Shown one piece after another: positions 1 to 9,144 of a stretch of 33,914 bases of DNA. The DNA is from Bacteroidales bacterium (lineage in GTDB: Bacteria > Bacteroidota > Bacteroidia > Bacteroidales > WCHB1-69), in assembly GCA_031272415.1 (NCBI GenBank), contig JAISTU010000127.1:1-33914 (forward strand), written 5' to 3'. The notes below the pieces were generated by a model. The model was not told the origin of the DNA. It saw only the letters and a list, made by a program, of their open reading frames with translations, and did not search any database. The position numbers were made by a program, and so were the translations under genes. Each line of letters opens with the position of its first letter. The first letter of the stretch is position 1.

Positions 1-345
1 AATACCAAAAACCTCGTCCATCATCACCTTCACATAATGCCCGATTTTATAGTCAATATGCAGATAGATTGAGCCTCGTTCCGACAACAACTCTTTGATT
101 AACAACAATCTTTCGCGCAGAAATTCGATAAAATCCCTTCCCTGCAAGGTGTCGGTATATGCAATCTGCCCGTTTTTGGAATTGCTTATCGTAGTTGCCC
201 TGCCGTCGGTAATGGTAAAATTGCCGCCTGTGGCGTAGGGTGGGTCAATATAAACCAAATCAATCTTACCCCTTAAACCGTTGTTTAAAAGGCAATTCAA
301 TCCTGTGAGATTGTCGGCGTGGAGGAGGAGGTTATTATTTTGCAT
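1..345 (-). CDS. Site-specific DNA amino-methyltransferase (N6A/N4C, beta-class order), N-terminal part; runs off the window edge
   Basis: Not in the ORF track. Manual translation from ATG at 345: MQNNNLLLHADNLTGLNCLLNNGLRGKIDLVYIDPPYATGGNFTITDGRATTISNSKNGQIAYTDTLQGRDFIEFLRERLLLIKELLSERGSIYLHIDYKIGHYVKVMMDEVFGI; catalytic DPPY motif near the N-terminus. Confidence 0.93.
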   Translation of the reverse strand, partial: MQNNNLLLHADNLTGLNCLLNNGLRGKIDLVYIDPPYATGGNFTITDGRATTISNSKNGQIAYTDTLQGRDFIEFLRERLLLIKELLSERGSIYLHIDYKIGHYVKVMMDEVFGI

Positions 346-880
346 TTGTCTTTTCTTTTAACTTTTCTTCGATTTGTAAAAATCTCATTATTGGGGAAGA
401 CATTGCTTGCGTTGTTGCTCTCGCTTTTTCCCTTAATTCATCTATACATTGTAAAAATTTTTCATTGTATATCAACTCTATTGAAACTCCCTTTTTTTTC
501 GCTTCAATTCTTTTTTTAACATCCTCAATATCGTTCAATTGATTATGCACATTTTCTTTTTTAGGAATCCTAACAATTGGAGTCCATAACATAAAATGAT
601 GTTTATAATCCGGAAAAGTATTTTCCGTATATTTTATGTCCTTTTCAAATTTTGAAATCAACTTATCTACATTATTAGGTTTATTTCCTTTGGTATAATG
701 CAACCCAGTTTCTAAATGTATTGCGACCTCACAAACATATATTTCTTTTTCTATTGAATTGATACCAATTACATCAATTTCACCTTGTTTTTCTTTTGTT
801 TGTAAATTATACTCCACAAAATCACATTTTTTGACAGATTTCAAATATTCTCCTACCAAATGTTCTCCAGGATTTTCCAT
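335..880 (-). CDS. Hypothetical protein with probable PD-(D/E)XK restriction-endonuclease-like fold
   Basis: 181 aa; N-terminal helix GEHLVGEYL, then GEIDVIG...IYVCEVAIH (E..D..ExX pattern with Ala where Lys is expected); overlaps the MTase start by 11 nt. Confidence 0.6.
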   Translation of the reverse strand: MENPGEHLVGEYLKSVKKCDFVEYNLQTKEKQGEIDVIGINSIEKEIYVCEVAIHLETGLHYTKGNKPNNVDKLISKFEKDIKYTENTFPDYKHHFMLWTPIVRIPKKENVHNQLNDIEDVKKRIEAKKKGVSIELIYNEKFLQCIDELREKARATTQAMSSPIMRFLQIEEKLKEKTNAK

Positions 881-892
881 ATTTTTTATATT

Positions 893-1027
893 TTAAATTT
901 GATACAAATAATTTCTCAAAACCAAAGCGCTCGTAATATTGTAATTACGATACGTTTCGGCGAACAAATCGTCGAGATAGGAACGCTGGTTGGCGTATTC
1001 GATGCTGTATTGTGTCCATTTATTCAT
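893..1027 (-). pseudogene. 44-aa remnant, probably an internally deleted type II restriction endonuclease (Tsp45I/NmuCI-like)
   Basis: ORF MNKWTQYSIEYANQRSYLDDLFAETYRNYNITSALVLRNYLYQI*; the two halves resemble, from memory, the extreme N- and C-termini of ~260-aa Tsp45I-family endonucleases; first ORF after the promoter and upstream of the MTase. Confidence 0.65.
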
Positions 1028-1085
1028 TTATTTATATATTTATATTTTTTTTGCTAAAAAAAACTACATTGTTTTTATACAAATG

Positions 1086-1096
1086 CAAAGATACAC
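1086..1096 (-). promoter_or_regulatory. Bacteroidota primary-sigma -7 element (GTGTATCTTTG) for the R-M locus
   Basis: Matches TAnnTTTG; about 60 nt upstream of the ATG at 1027. Confidence 0.75.
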
Positions 1097-1147
1097 TTTT
1101 TTTTCAGTTGAGAGTTGAAAGGAGAAAGTTGAGTGTGAATTTTGGTT

Positions 1148-1171
1148 ATAGGGGCAGGGCAAACCTTGCTC
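1148..1171 (+). repeat. Degenerate GTAG-type REP-like hairpin
   Basis: ATAGGGGCAGGGCAAACCTTGCTC; similar to 18466-18489. Confidence 0.45.
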
Positions 1172-1204
1172 AAAACAGAAATCAAAGTCGAAACTTACTG
1201 TCAA

Positions 1205-1240
1205 TTTTATAACAATTTTCTCCCAAAATGCAAAAAAAAA
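1205..1240 (+). repeat. Dispersed ~35-bp intergenic motif, copy 1
   Basis: ttttataacaattttctcccaaaatgcaaaaaaaaa; related copies at 3702, 9052, 12264, 27089 and 32389. Confidence 0.75.
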
Positions 1241-1292
1241 TCTACATTCTACACTCTCAATTTCTCATTTTTAATTTTTAATTGAAATTTTT

Positions 1293-1303
1293 GTGTATCT
1301 TTG
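1293..1303 (+). promoter_or_regulatory. -7 promoter element for the nusB operon
   Basis: GTGTATCTTTG ending 18 nt before the ATG at 1322. Confidence 0.8.
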
Positions 1304-1321
1304 TAAAACAGAAAACAATAA

Positions 1322-2296
1322 ATGATAAGCAGAAGATTTATTCGGATTAAAGTAATGCAGGCGATTTACTCCCACCAAATGCGGAGTGATGAGTATCTGT
1401 TTGAGGGAAAAAAACGATTGCAGGCTTCTTTTGAGGACACTTATTCGCTGTTTGTGAAGATGTTGGGCATTTTTGGCGCAATGACTTTTCAAGCACAGCA
1501 GATTATTGATACCAATAAGCAAAAATTGTTGCCTACAAAAGAAGATTTGCAACCTAATTTAAAATTTGTTAATAATTTGTTTATTAAGAAATTAGAGCAT
1601 AACGAAGACTTGCAAAAAAAACTCCGTTCCAAAGGCATGGCGTGGAACAATGATTTGGATGTTTTGTTTGCTAAATCGGTGTATAAACAATTGACAAAAA
1701 CGCCGCTTTATCAAGACTATATGGCAAAATACGAATTAGCATATAATACGTTTAAAGATGATAAATCGTTTATTTTTAATGTAACAGAACAATTTTTTTT
1801 GGAAAATGAAGAAATTGCCGCTTATTTTGGTGAAAAAAAGATAAATTGGTATTTGGATTACAATGATGTTATTTTGTTGATACACAGGTATTTACAAGAA
1901 GTTCATAAAAACACCCCTGATAGTACTCCATTGCCAAATCTTTTCAAACCTGTGGAAGACGGACTGCTGGATGACAAACAATTTGCTTACGATTTATTTA
2001 TGCTCGCAATTGAAAATGATGCACAATTTCAGTCAATTATAGCAGATACCGTTCAGCATTGGGATGTTGAACGGTTGGCAACTTTGGACGTGATTTTGCT
2101 CAAAATGGCAATGTGTGAATTTTGTAAATTTCCCTCCGTCCCGATTAAGGTTACTTTTTTTGAATACCTCGAATTGTCAAAGTATTATTCCACTCCCAAA
2201 AGCAGAGGATTTATCAACGGAGTATTGGATAAAATATTGGAAAAATTGAAAGAAGAAGGAAAAATTAATAAAACAGGAAGAGGTTTAATAGAATGA
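1322..2296 (+). CDS. nusB: Transcription antitermination factor NusB (long Bacteroidota form)
   Basis: MISRRFIRIKVMQAIY N-terminus; WDVERLATLD...P.VP.KV...EYLELSKYYSTPKSRGFINGVLDKI. Confidence 0.95.
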   Translation: MISRRFIRIKVMQAIYSHQMRSDEYLFEGKKRLQASFEDTYSLFVKMLGIFGAMTFQAQQIIDTNKQKLLPTKEDLQPNLKFVNNLFIKKLEHNEDLQKKLRSKGMAWNNDLDVLFAKSVYKQLTKTPLYQDYMAKYELAYNTFKDDKSFIFNVTEQFFLENEEIAAYFGEKKINWYLDYNDVILLIHRYLQEVHKNTPDSTPLPNLFKPVEDGLLDDKQFAYDLFMLAIENDAQFQSIIADTVQHWDVERLATLDVILLKMAMCEFCKFPSVPIKVTFFEYLELSKYYSTPKSRGFINGVLDKILEKLKEEGKINKTGRGLIE

Positions 2297-3690
2297 AACA
2301 TAATAAATTGATTATCAGAATATTATTAGTAAGTTGGGCATTTTTTGCGACTGTATTTTTAACAAGTTTATCTTCTTTGCAATCTCAAAATTTGTATGCT
2401 TTAGATACAGTAATAATCAATCAATTAAATAGATTACCATTTGACATTTCTTTTCCTTACGATTTAAAGACACAAAACAAAATTCATGCACTTATTACCA
2501 CAGAAAGTTATACCACACAACAAGCATTAGGTAATTTTTTGGAGTGTGAAACTTTTTTGAACAATAGTTTGCAAAAGGAAGATATTCCTCTCATTTTCAA
2601 GTATTTACCACTTGCATTAAGCAATATGCAGTACCGCAAAATCGGAACTTATACACGGGCAGGCGCCTGGCAATTGCCTTTTTTGACGGCGTTGCGGTAT
2701 GGATTAAAAATTGACTCGGCAATAGACCAACGCTTTGATTTTAAGGAATCTACGCATGCTGCAACAGCCTATCTTCAACAATTATCAATTCAGTATGATA
2801 ATGTATGGGAAATTATTGTTGCTTTTGCCAACTCGCCCGCCATATTGAACAATGGACGTTTGTTGGCTGAAAATTCACCCTCCGCCTCCAATGCAGGAAA
2901 CATAGAAATGCCTAATAATGAAATAATTACAGATTTTATTGCATGGGTTTATGTGGCAAATTATTACAAAAATAATCACATTCAACCGCTTGTGCCTGAT
3001 ATAAATGACAAATTTCAAACGGAATCGCAAACCGTACTTATCACAGGCAAAGAACTCAAAGAGGGTGAAAAAACTGCCAAACCAATTCCACAAGACACTG
3101 TTAATGAGATAGTTATAGATACGCCACCGGAAGAAAACATAGATTCTACCGACATCGTTTCTACTCCAATATCTGTTACTCCAATAGAAACTCCTATTGC
3201 CGTTTCTACGCCTCCTGCATCTCAAAAAATAGAAATTCCCGTTACAACACCGCCTCCTGCCAAACCTATTGTAAAAGAGGCAAAAGACGGCTATTATATT
3301 GTGCAAAAAGGCGATTATTTGGGGAAAATTGCCACTCAATTCAATACAACTGTTGAGCAATTGAAAATTTGGAACCAATTAAAAGATGATAAAATTTATG
3401 AAGACCAAAAATTGATTGTCAAAAAAAATGCTGCAGCCGCAACTCCCTCTGTATCAACACGTTCTACTGCTGTTACTCCTACCGCAGCACAGCCCCCAAA
3501 AAAGACAACTCCTTCTGTTTCCCAACCACTCAAAACTCCCTCAGCCACAATTATTTACATTGTTCAAAGCGGCGATAATTTAACAAAAATTGCCAAATTG
3601 TACAACGTTACCGTCAACAGTATCATGCAATGCAATGGTATGCAAGATGATAAAATACAAATTGACCAAAAATTAAAAATTTGTAAGTGA
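2293..3690 (+). CDS. MltD-like protein: degenerate lytic transglycosylase domain, Pro/Thr-rich linkers and two LysM domains
   Basis: Signal peptide; KYLP..., GAWQL, YGLKIDSAIDQRFD...STHAATAYL; LysM motifs YIVQKGDYLGKIA and YIVQSGDNLTKIA. Confidence 0.85.
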   Translation: MKHNKLIIRILLVSWAFFATVFLTSLSSLQSQNLYALDTVIINQLNRLPFDISFPYDLKTQNKIHALITTESYTTQQALGNFLECETFLNNSLQKEDIPLIFKYLPLALSNMQYRKIGTYTRAGAWQLPFLTALRYGLKIDSAIDQRFDFKESTHAATAYLQQLSIQYDNVWEIIVAFANSPAILNNGRLLAENSPSASNAGNIEMPNNEIITDFIAWVYVANYYKNNHIQPLVPDINDKFQTESQTVLITGKELKEGEKTAKPIPQDTVNEIVIDTPPEENIDSTDIVSTPISVTPIETPIAVSTPPASQKIEIPVTTPPPAKPIVKEAKDGYYIVQKGDYLGKIATQFNTTVEQLKIWNQLKDDKIYEDQKLIVKKNAAAATPSVSTRSTAVTPTAAQPPKKTTPSVSQPLKTPSATIIYIVQSGDNLTKIAKLYNVTVNSIMQCNGMQDDKIQIDQKLKICK

Positions 3691-3701
3691 TTTTTATCTG
3701 A

Positions 3702-3795
3702 TTTTAGAACATTTTTATTCCAAAATGCAAAAAAAAATCTACACTCTACACTCTGCACTCTACACTCTGAAAAAAAAGTTTTTAATTTTTAATTG
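3702..3795 (+). repeat. Dispersed motif copy 2 followed by heptamer tracts
   Basis: ttttagaacatttttattccaaaatgcaaaaaaaaa, then about four (ctacact)-like units and ttttaat x2. Confidence 0.75.
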
Positions 3796-3803
3796 ATAAA
3801 ATT

Positions 3804-3814
3804 GTGTATCTTTG
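3804..3814 (+). promoter_or_regulatory. -7 promoter element for rpoN
   Basis: GTGTATCTTTG; implies the real start is ATG 3836 rather than TTG 3812. Confidence 0.8.
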
Positions 3815-3835
3815 TATTTTTTTAATCAAATTGAG

Positions 3836-5389
3836 ATGAAACAAAACAGTATATCGCAAACGCAGGATACAGAATTGTTGTTGCAGATGCAGCAAAAGAT
3901 TATGCCTCAGCATCTTTTGTTGATGAAGTTGCTGCAAGTACCCGCAGCCTCTTTGGAAGAGCGTATTGATGAAGAGTTGGAGGAAAATCCGGCACTTGAA
4001 ATAGCAACAGAGGACGAAAATGCTGATGATTTATCGGAAAATACTGATTTTCAAGTAAATGAGAACGCCGAAGAGTCGCCATCCGAATATGAACAAGGCG
4101 ATATTGCAGAAGAGACAGGCACTAATTCTGATTTGTCGCTTGAAGATTATTTGCCTGATGATTTCTCCCAAGAGACAGATTATGCACCTTATGCAGGGGG
4201 GAACGATAGAGAAGAAAAAAACTACCAATATGAACGCTATCTTTCTCATTCTGAATCTGTTCAGGATATTTTGGTGAGACAATTAGACCTGTTGGATTTG
4301 TCAAAAGAAGACCGAGATTTATCTTATTTTTTGATTGGAAATATTGACACAAACGGCTATCTTACTCGTGCGTTGTCCGATATTGTGAATGATTTGCTTT
4401 TTACGTCCAATATTTCGACAACGGTTGAGCATTTGGAGTATCTTTTGACGCATGTTGTGCAACAATTAGACCCGCCCGGTGTAGGGGCAAGAAATTTGCA
4501 GGAAAGTTTGCTCATCCAATTGCACCGACTTGAAAAAGGGAAAAATGATAAACTTAATAACTTGGCAATCAACATTATACAAAATGCTTTTGATGATTTT
4601 ATATCTCATTTTTATCAAAAAGTAAGCAAAAAAACAGATTGTACAGAGGCTCAAATTGAGGAGGTAAAACAGTACCTTTCGGCTTTAAATCCAAAACCGT
4701 TTATGGGATTGGATGATGCTGAAAATGCGTATATTACACCCGATTTTATTGTAACTTATAACCAAAAAACGGACACTTTGGAGTGCAGTTTGCCGATGGA
4801 AAATTTGCCTCCTTTGCGAGTGGGACTGCAATATAAAAAAATGTATGGAAATTTGCATAACAACCAAATGTTGAGCCCAAAAGATAAAAAAGCAGCCATT
4901 GAATTTGTCCGTCAAAAATTGAATGCTGCCAAATGGTTTATAGATGCACTTTCCCAGCGAAATCAGACGCTTTTCAATGTAATTTCGGCTATTGCTAATC
5001 ATCAACGTGATTTTTTCTTAACAGGGGAAGAAGATAGAATTAAACCATTGATTTACAAAGATATAGCAACAGAAATTAAAGTAGATATTTCCACCATTTC
5101 GCGAGCCACACGACATAAATATGTATTGACCGATTATGGTGTATATCCTTTGAAATTCTTTTTTACGGAAGCCGTTGGAGCAGAGGAAGGTAGCGAATTG
5201 ACGGCTTACGAAATCAAAAAACATCTTACGGAAATTATTGCCCAAGAAGACCCCAAAAAGCCTCTCAATGACATTGAAATTTGCGAAAAATTAAAAGAAA
5301 GAGGCTGCAATATTGCCCGCAGGACGGTCGCAAAATACAGAGAACGACTGCATATTCCTACTGCAAGATACCGTACAAATAATTCATAA
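3836..5389 (+). CDS. rpoN: RNA polymerase sigma-54 factor
   Basis: Gln/Leu-rich region I, ELEENPALE, LDPPGVGARNLQE, DISTISR HTH, RpoN box ARRTVAKYRE. Confidence 0.97.
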   Translation: MKQNSISQTQDTELLLQMQQKIMPQHLLLMKLLQVPAASLEERIDEELEENPALEIATEDENADDLSENTDFQVNENAEESPSEYEQGDIAEETGTNSDLSLEDYLPDDFSQETDYAPYAGGNDREEKNYQYERYLSHSESVQDILVRQLDLLDLSKEDRDLSYFLIGNIDTNGYLTRALSDIVNDLLFTSNISTTVEHLEYLLTHVVQQLDPPGVGARNLQESLLIQLHRLEKGKNDKLNNLAINIIQNAFDDFISHFYQKVSKKTDCTEAQIEEVKQYLSALNPKPFMGLDDAENAYITPDFIVTYNQKTDTLECSLPMENLPPLRVGLQYKKMYGNLHNNQMLSPKDKKAAIEFVRQKLNAAKWFIDALSQRNQTLFNVISAIANHQRDFFLTGEEDRIKPLIYKDIATEIKVDISTISRATRHKYVLTDYGVYPLKFFFTEAVGAEEGSELTAYEIKKHLTEIIAQEDPKKPLNDIEICEKLKERGCNIARRTVAKYRERLHIPTARYRTNNS

Positions 5390-5394
5390 TCAAT

Positions 5395-5829
5395 ATGTTA
5401 GACGATAATTATTTTATGAGATTAGCCCTTTTGGAGGCACAAAAAGCGATGCAAGCGAAGGAAATTCCTATCGGCTGTGTGATTGTTGCCAATGAAATTG
5501 TGATTGCTAAGGCACACAATTTAACCGAAACAATGTGCGATGTTACTGCTCATGCCGAAATGCAGGCTATCAACGCCGCTGCCGACAGTTTGGGGGCTAA
5601 ATACTTGAATGATTGCACTTTATATGTAACATTAGAGCCTTGTGTAATGTGTGTGGGGGCTACATTTTGGGCAAAATTAGGCAAAATTGTTTTTGGAGCA
5701 AAAGATGTAAAACAAAAAAATAATGAAGAAAAATTAAAATTCTTACATCCTCATACTCAATGGATTGGAGGTGTTTTGGAGAAAGAATGTCAGCAAATTT
5801 TACAACAATTTTTTGAAAAGAAAAGATAA
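5395..5829 (+). CDS. tadA: tRNA adenosine deaminase / nucleoside deaminase
   Basis: AHAE and LYVTLEPCVMC zinc motifs; EIPIGCVIV. Confidence 0.9.
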   Translation: MLDDNYFMRLALLEAQKAMQAKEIPIGCVIVANEIVIAKAHNLTETMCDVTAHAEMQAINAAADSLGAKYLNDCTLYVTLEPCVMCVGATFWAKLGKIVFGAKDVKQKNNEEKLKFLHPHTQWIGGVLEKECQQILQQFFEKKR

Positions 5830-5864
5830 ACACAATAATTTAAAAAAAATAACGTTATTCATTT

Positions 5865-8420
5865 ATGCAACAGCGATGTTTAGTAGTATTTATTTTGATG
5901 TCTTTGGCTTTTTCGGGTTTTGCAACTCACGAAAGAGCGGGGGAGATTACGTACAGACACATTTCAGGTCGAACGTACGAATTTACTATTACTACTTATG
6001 TATATACTGCCAGTCCTGCAAAACGTGAATACTTGGACATTGATTGGGGAGACGGCTCATCAAAAGAAACCGTTCCCCGCATATCAGAGACCTTTATTAC
6101 TAACGACATTACACGCAACATTTATATAGCAACACATACATTTAACAGCAATGGAACTTACACAGTATCAATGGAAGACCCCAATCGCAATGCAGACATT
6201 ATCAACATTCCTCGTTCTATTGAGGTGCCTTTTTATATTGAAACGGTTATTGTTATCAATGCTACATTTGGGGGCAATAGTTCGCCTGTTTTGACCAATC
6301 CGCCGGTAGATAATGGCTGTGTAGGGGCTATTTTTTATCACAATCCGGCGGCAGTGGATGCGGAAGGTGATAGTTTGGTGTATTCATTGATAAATTGCAA
6401 AGGCATTGATGGTGTGGATATTCCGGGTTATACATTGCCACTCGCCAATTCGATAACGATAGACCGTAACAGTGGTGATTTTGTGTGGGATGCACCCCGC
6501 GCACAAGGAGAATATAATATTGCTATTTTGATTGAAGAATATCGATCAGGAATTAAAATTGGGTCAATTATCAGGGATATGCAAATAAATATTGCAAGTT
6601 GTGATAATCAGCCTCCGTTGCTTGATTTACAGGTAGATACATGTATTACTGCCGGCGATAGTATTGCTTTTACGGTTACCGCACGCGATGATACGGCTCA
6701 ATTGATAACCCTTACCGCCAAGGGAGACGTGCTTTCGTGTCAATCGCCTGCCAAATTTCCCTCATCTACAACAGCAAAAGGGCAAGTCAGTGGCTTATTT
6801 TCATGGCAAACCAATTGCTCTCACATTCGCAAACAGCCTTACCATTTGACACTCAAAGCGGAAGATAATGGCTTTCCTGTACACTTATCTATTGTTAAAA
6901 CATTTAGTATCAAAGTATTAGCACCGCCTGTTGAAAATGTATTGGCAACTCCTTTGGGCAATTCTATTACAGTTACTTGGGATACCGCCATTTGCCTTGA
7001 CAATGCCAAAGGCTACAAAATATATCGCAGAGAAGACAGTTCGGGTTATATTTTGGAAAATTGTATCACCGGCGTGCCTCCCCAAACAGGCTACCAAATG
7101 ATTGGTATTGTGAGCATTGCAACTCACTCATTTACAGACAATAACAGTGGAAAAGGATTGCGACATGGGGTCAATTATTGCTATGTGGTGATAGTCTATT
7201 ACGGGGACGGCTCGGAAAGTTATATGTCAAATGAAGCCTGCACGGTACTTAAAAATGAAATTCCGATGATAACAAAAGTGAGCATTGACAAAACCGACCC
7301 TTTGACAGGTGTCGTTCAAACAGCATGGGAAGCACCAACAGATTTGGATTCTACACAATATCCGCCACCCTATCAATACCAAATTGAGCGGAGCATTAAC
7401 GACTCTTTGCATTTTTCAACTATCGCTGTTTTAGGTGGAAATGCGCGGCAATATATTGATAGTCTGCAAAATACGCAAGATAACATTTTCTATTATCGTG
7501 TTAATTTGCGGCTTTTGGCGGATACGTCTGTCGCCTTGTATTCCGATGCAGCCTCTTCTCCTTTTTTACAAATAGAAAGTTCTGATTGTCAATTGATTAT
7601 GAATTGGAAAGTGGAAACAATTTGGAAAAATTATCAATACATTATTTACAGATACAACCCGCTTACCTCACTTTATGATTCTATTGGGAGCACTGAAAAT
7701 CAAGAGTTTATAGATACAGGTTTGACCAATGGTGTCAATTATTGTTACTATATCAAAACGGTTGGCGAATATGGAGATACTTCTTTGCCACATCCGCTGC
7801 TCAATTTATCACAAATAGTTTGCCAAACACCCATTGACAATATGCCTCCTTGTCCGCCACAGTTGAGTGGAGATGGAAATTGTTCACAAGTTGCGTTAAA
7901 GTGGTCATACTCAATCGATTGCAGACAAGCGGATATTGACAAAGTATATATTTGGTATAAACCTGAATATAAAGGTGAATATACTTTGATTGACAGTGTA
8001 AAATATCCGACAGATAACTACTTGTCTATCAATGATTTAATGGTTGTAGGTTGTTTTAAAATTATTGCCATTGATACTAACGGAAATATAGGGCAAAGCA
8101 GTGAAGAGTTGTGCTTTGAGCCGGATTGCAATCATTATCGATTGCCTAATGTATTTACGCCAAACGGAGACGGCATCAATGATTTGTTTGAACCGTTTCC
8201 TTACACAAATATAGAACAAATAGAAATCAATATCTATAACCGTTGGGGTGAAAAAATGTTTTACACACAAAATCCTGATATTCAATGGGATGGAGTAAAT
8301 ATGATGACACATCAGCCGTGTTCTGATGGTGTTTATTTTTACGTTTGTGCAGTAGAAGAAAAAACACTTAACGGATTGAAAAAGAAATATTTAACAGGTT
8401 CGATAACCATTTTAAGATAA
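5865..8420 (+). CDS. Secreted Cys-rich beta-sandwich (Fn3-like) protein with T9SS type B C-terminal domain
   Basis: Signal peptide, ATHERAGEITY N-terminus, C-terminal LPNVFTPNGDGINDLF...IYNRWGE...WDG...GVYFY...GSITILR. Confidence 0.9.
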   Translation: MQQRCLVVFILMSLAFSGFATHERAGEITYRHISGRTYEFTITTYVYTASPAKREYLDIDWGDGSSKETVPRISETFITNDITRNIYIATHTFNSNGTYTVSMEDPNRNADIINIPRSIEVPFYIETVIVINATFGGNSSPVLTNPPVDNGCVGAIFYHNPAAVDAEGDSLVYSLINCKGIDGVDIPGYTLPLANSITIDRNSGDFVWDAPRAQGEYNIAILIEEYRSGIKIGSIIRDMQINIASCDNQPPLLDLQVDTCITAGDSIAFTVTARDDTAQLITLTAKGDVLSCQSPAKFPSSTTAKGQVSGLFSWQTNCSHIRKQPYHLTLKAEDNGFPVHLSIVKTFSIKVLAPPVENVLATPLGNSITVTWDTAICLDNAKGYKIYRREDSSGYILENCITGVPPQTGYQMIGIVSIATHSFTDNNSGKGLRHGVNYCYVVIVYYGDGSESYMSNEACTVLKNEIPMITKVSIDKTDPLTGVVQTAWEAPTDLDSTQYPPPYQYQIERSINDSLHFSTIAVLGGNARQYIDSLQNTQDNIFYYRVNLRLLADTSVALYSDAASSPFLQIESSDCQLIMNWKVETIWKNYQYIIYRYNPLTSLYDSIGSTENQEFIDTGLTNGVNYCYYIKTVGEYGDTSLPHPLLNLSQIVCQTPIDNMPPCPPQLSGDGNCSQVALKWSYSIDCRQADIDKVYIWYKPEYKGEYTLIDSVKYPTDNYLSINDLMVVGCFKIIAIDTNGNIGQSSEELCFEPDCNHYRLPNVFTPNGDGINDLFEPFPYTNIEQIEINIYNRWGEKMFYTQNPDIQWDGVNMMTHQPCSDGVYFYVCAVEEKTLNGLKKKYLTGSITILR

Positions 8421-8426
8421 AATTTT

Positions 8427-9041
8427 ATGTTTACAGGAATAGTAGAAAAAACAGGTAAAGTTGTAGAAATTATACACGAAAAAACAAATGTCCATTTTGT
8501 GATTGAAGTTGATTTTGCTAACGAACTCAAAATTGACCAAAGTATGAGTCATGACGGCTGTTGTTTGACCATTGTAAAAGTGGATTATGCTAAAAATCAA
8601 TACGTTGTAACAGCAATGGATGAAACATTACTCAAAACCAATCTGCGGACTTGGCAAGTCGGCTATGAGGTCAATTTGGAGCGTAGTATGCGATTAGACG
8701 GACGTTTTGATGGGCATATTGTGCAGGGACATGTAGACCAAACAGCCGTTTGCAAAAAAGTTACAGATGAAAATGGTAGTTGGAGATATTACTTTGATTA
8801 TGAGCCACTTAAAGGGAACATAACAGTCCCCAAAGGCTCCATTTCTGTCAATGGAGTCAGTTTGACGGTTGTTGATTCCGAAGAAGGAAAATTTTCAGTT
8901 GCCATTATTCCTTATACTCAGGAGGTTACAAATTTTCACAATTTTAAAGTCGGCACCATTGTCAATATAGAATTTGATGTTTTTGGCAAATATGTAGCCC
9001 GCTTATTGCAAGAATATCTTGGGGAAAAGAAGGGGCTATAG
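8427..9041 (+). CDS. ribE: Riboflavin synthase (alpha chain)
   Basis: MFTGIV N-terminus, GCCLT, VNLER, GHIVQGHVD, KGSISVNGVSLTV. Confidence 0.97.
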   Translation: MFTGIVEKTGKVVEIIHEKTNVHFVIEVDFANELKIDQSMSHDGCCLTIVKVDYAKNQYVVTAMDETLLKTNLRTWQVGYEVNLERSMRLDGRFDGHIVQGHVDQTAVCKKVTDENGSWRYYFDYEPLKGNITVPKGSISVNGVSLTVVDSEEGKFSVAIIPYTQEVTNFHNFKVGTIVNIEFDVFGKYVARLLQEYLGEKKGL

Positions 9042-9051
9042 GAAGTACAAA

Positions 9052-9126
9052 TTTTAGAACGTTTTGGTGCAAAAATGCAAAAAACGTAAGGAAATTCTCA
9101 ATTTTCCATTCTCCATTCTTCATTAA
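9052..9126 (+). repeat. Dispersed motif copy 3 plus heptamer tract between convergent genes
   Basis: ttttagaacgttttggtgcaaaaatgcaaaaaa, then attctca-attttcc-attctcc-attcttc. Confidence 0.6.
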
Positions 9127-9144
9127 AAAAGGTTTTTAATTGTA

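Larger units (their letters stand above)
1105..1285. repeat. Oppositely oriented 7-nt-period tracts between divergent promoters
   Basis: agttgag-agttgaa...agttgag at 1105-1140 and tctacat-tctacac-tctcaat...ttttaat-ttttaat at 1241-1285. Confidence 0.7.

Noticed and set aside
860-1212. Plus-strand ORFs 860-1057 and 1012-1212
   Set aside because: They are antisense to the endonuclease remnant or run through promoter and repeat sequence, with non-ATG starts and no motifs.
2875-3378. 167-aa antisense ORF and the many other short shadow ORFs (e.g. 11229-11600, 26497-26919)
   Set aside because: They lie opposite or within well-supported genes and show no recognisable motifs.
3812-3835. Upstream starts in the ORF track for rpoN (3812), and likewise dprA (13488), the PII-like gene (18948), the zinc-ribbon gene (25004) and tatC (28010)
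   Set aside because: They overlap promoter elements or upstream genes; downstream ATGs fit family N-termini better.
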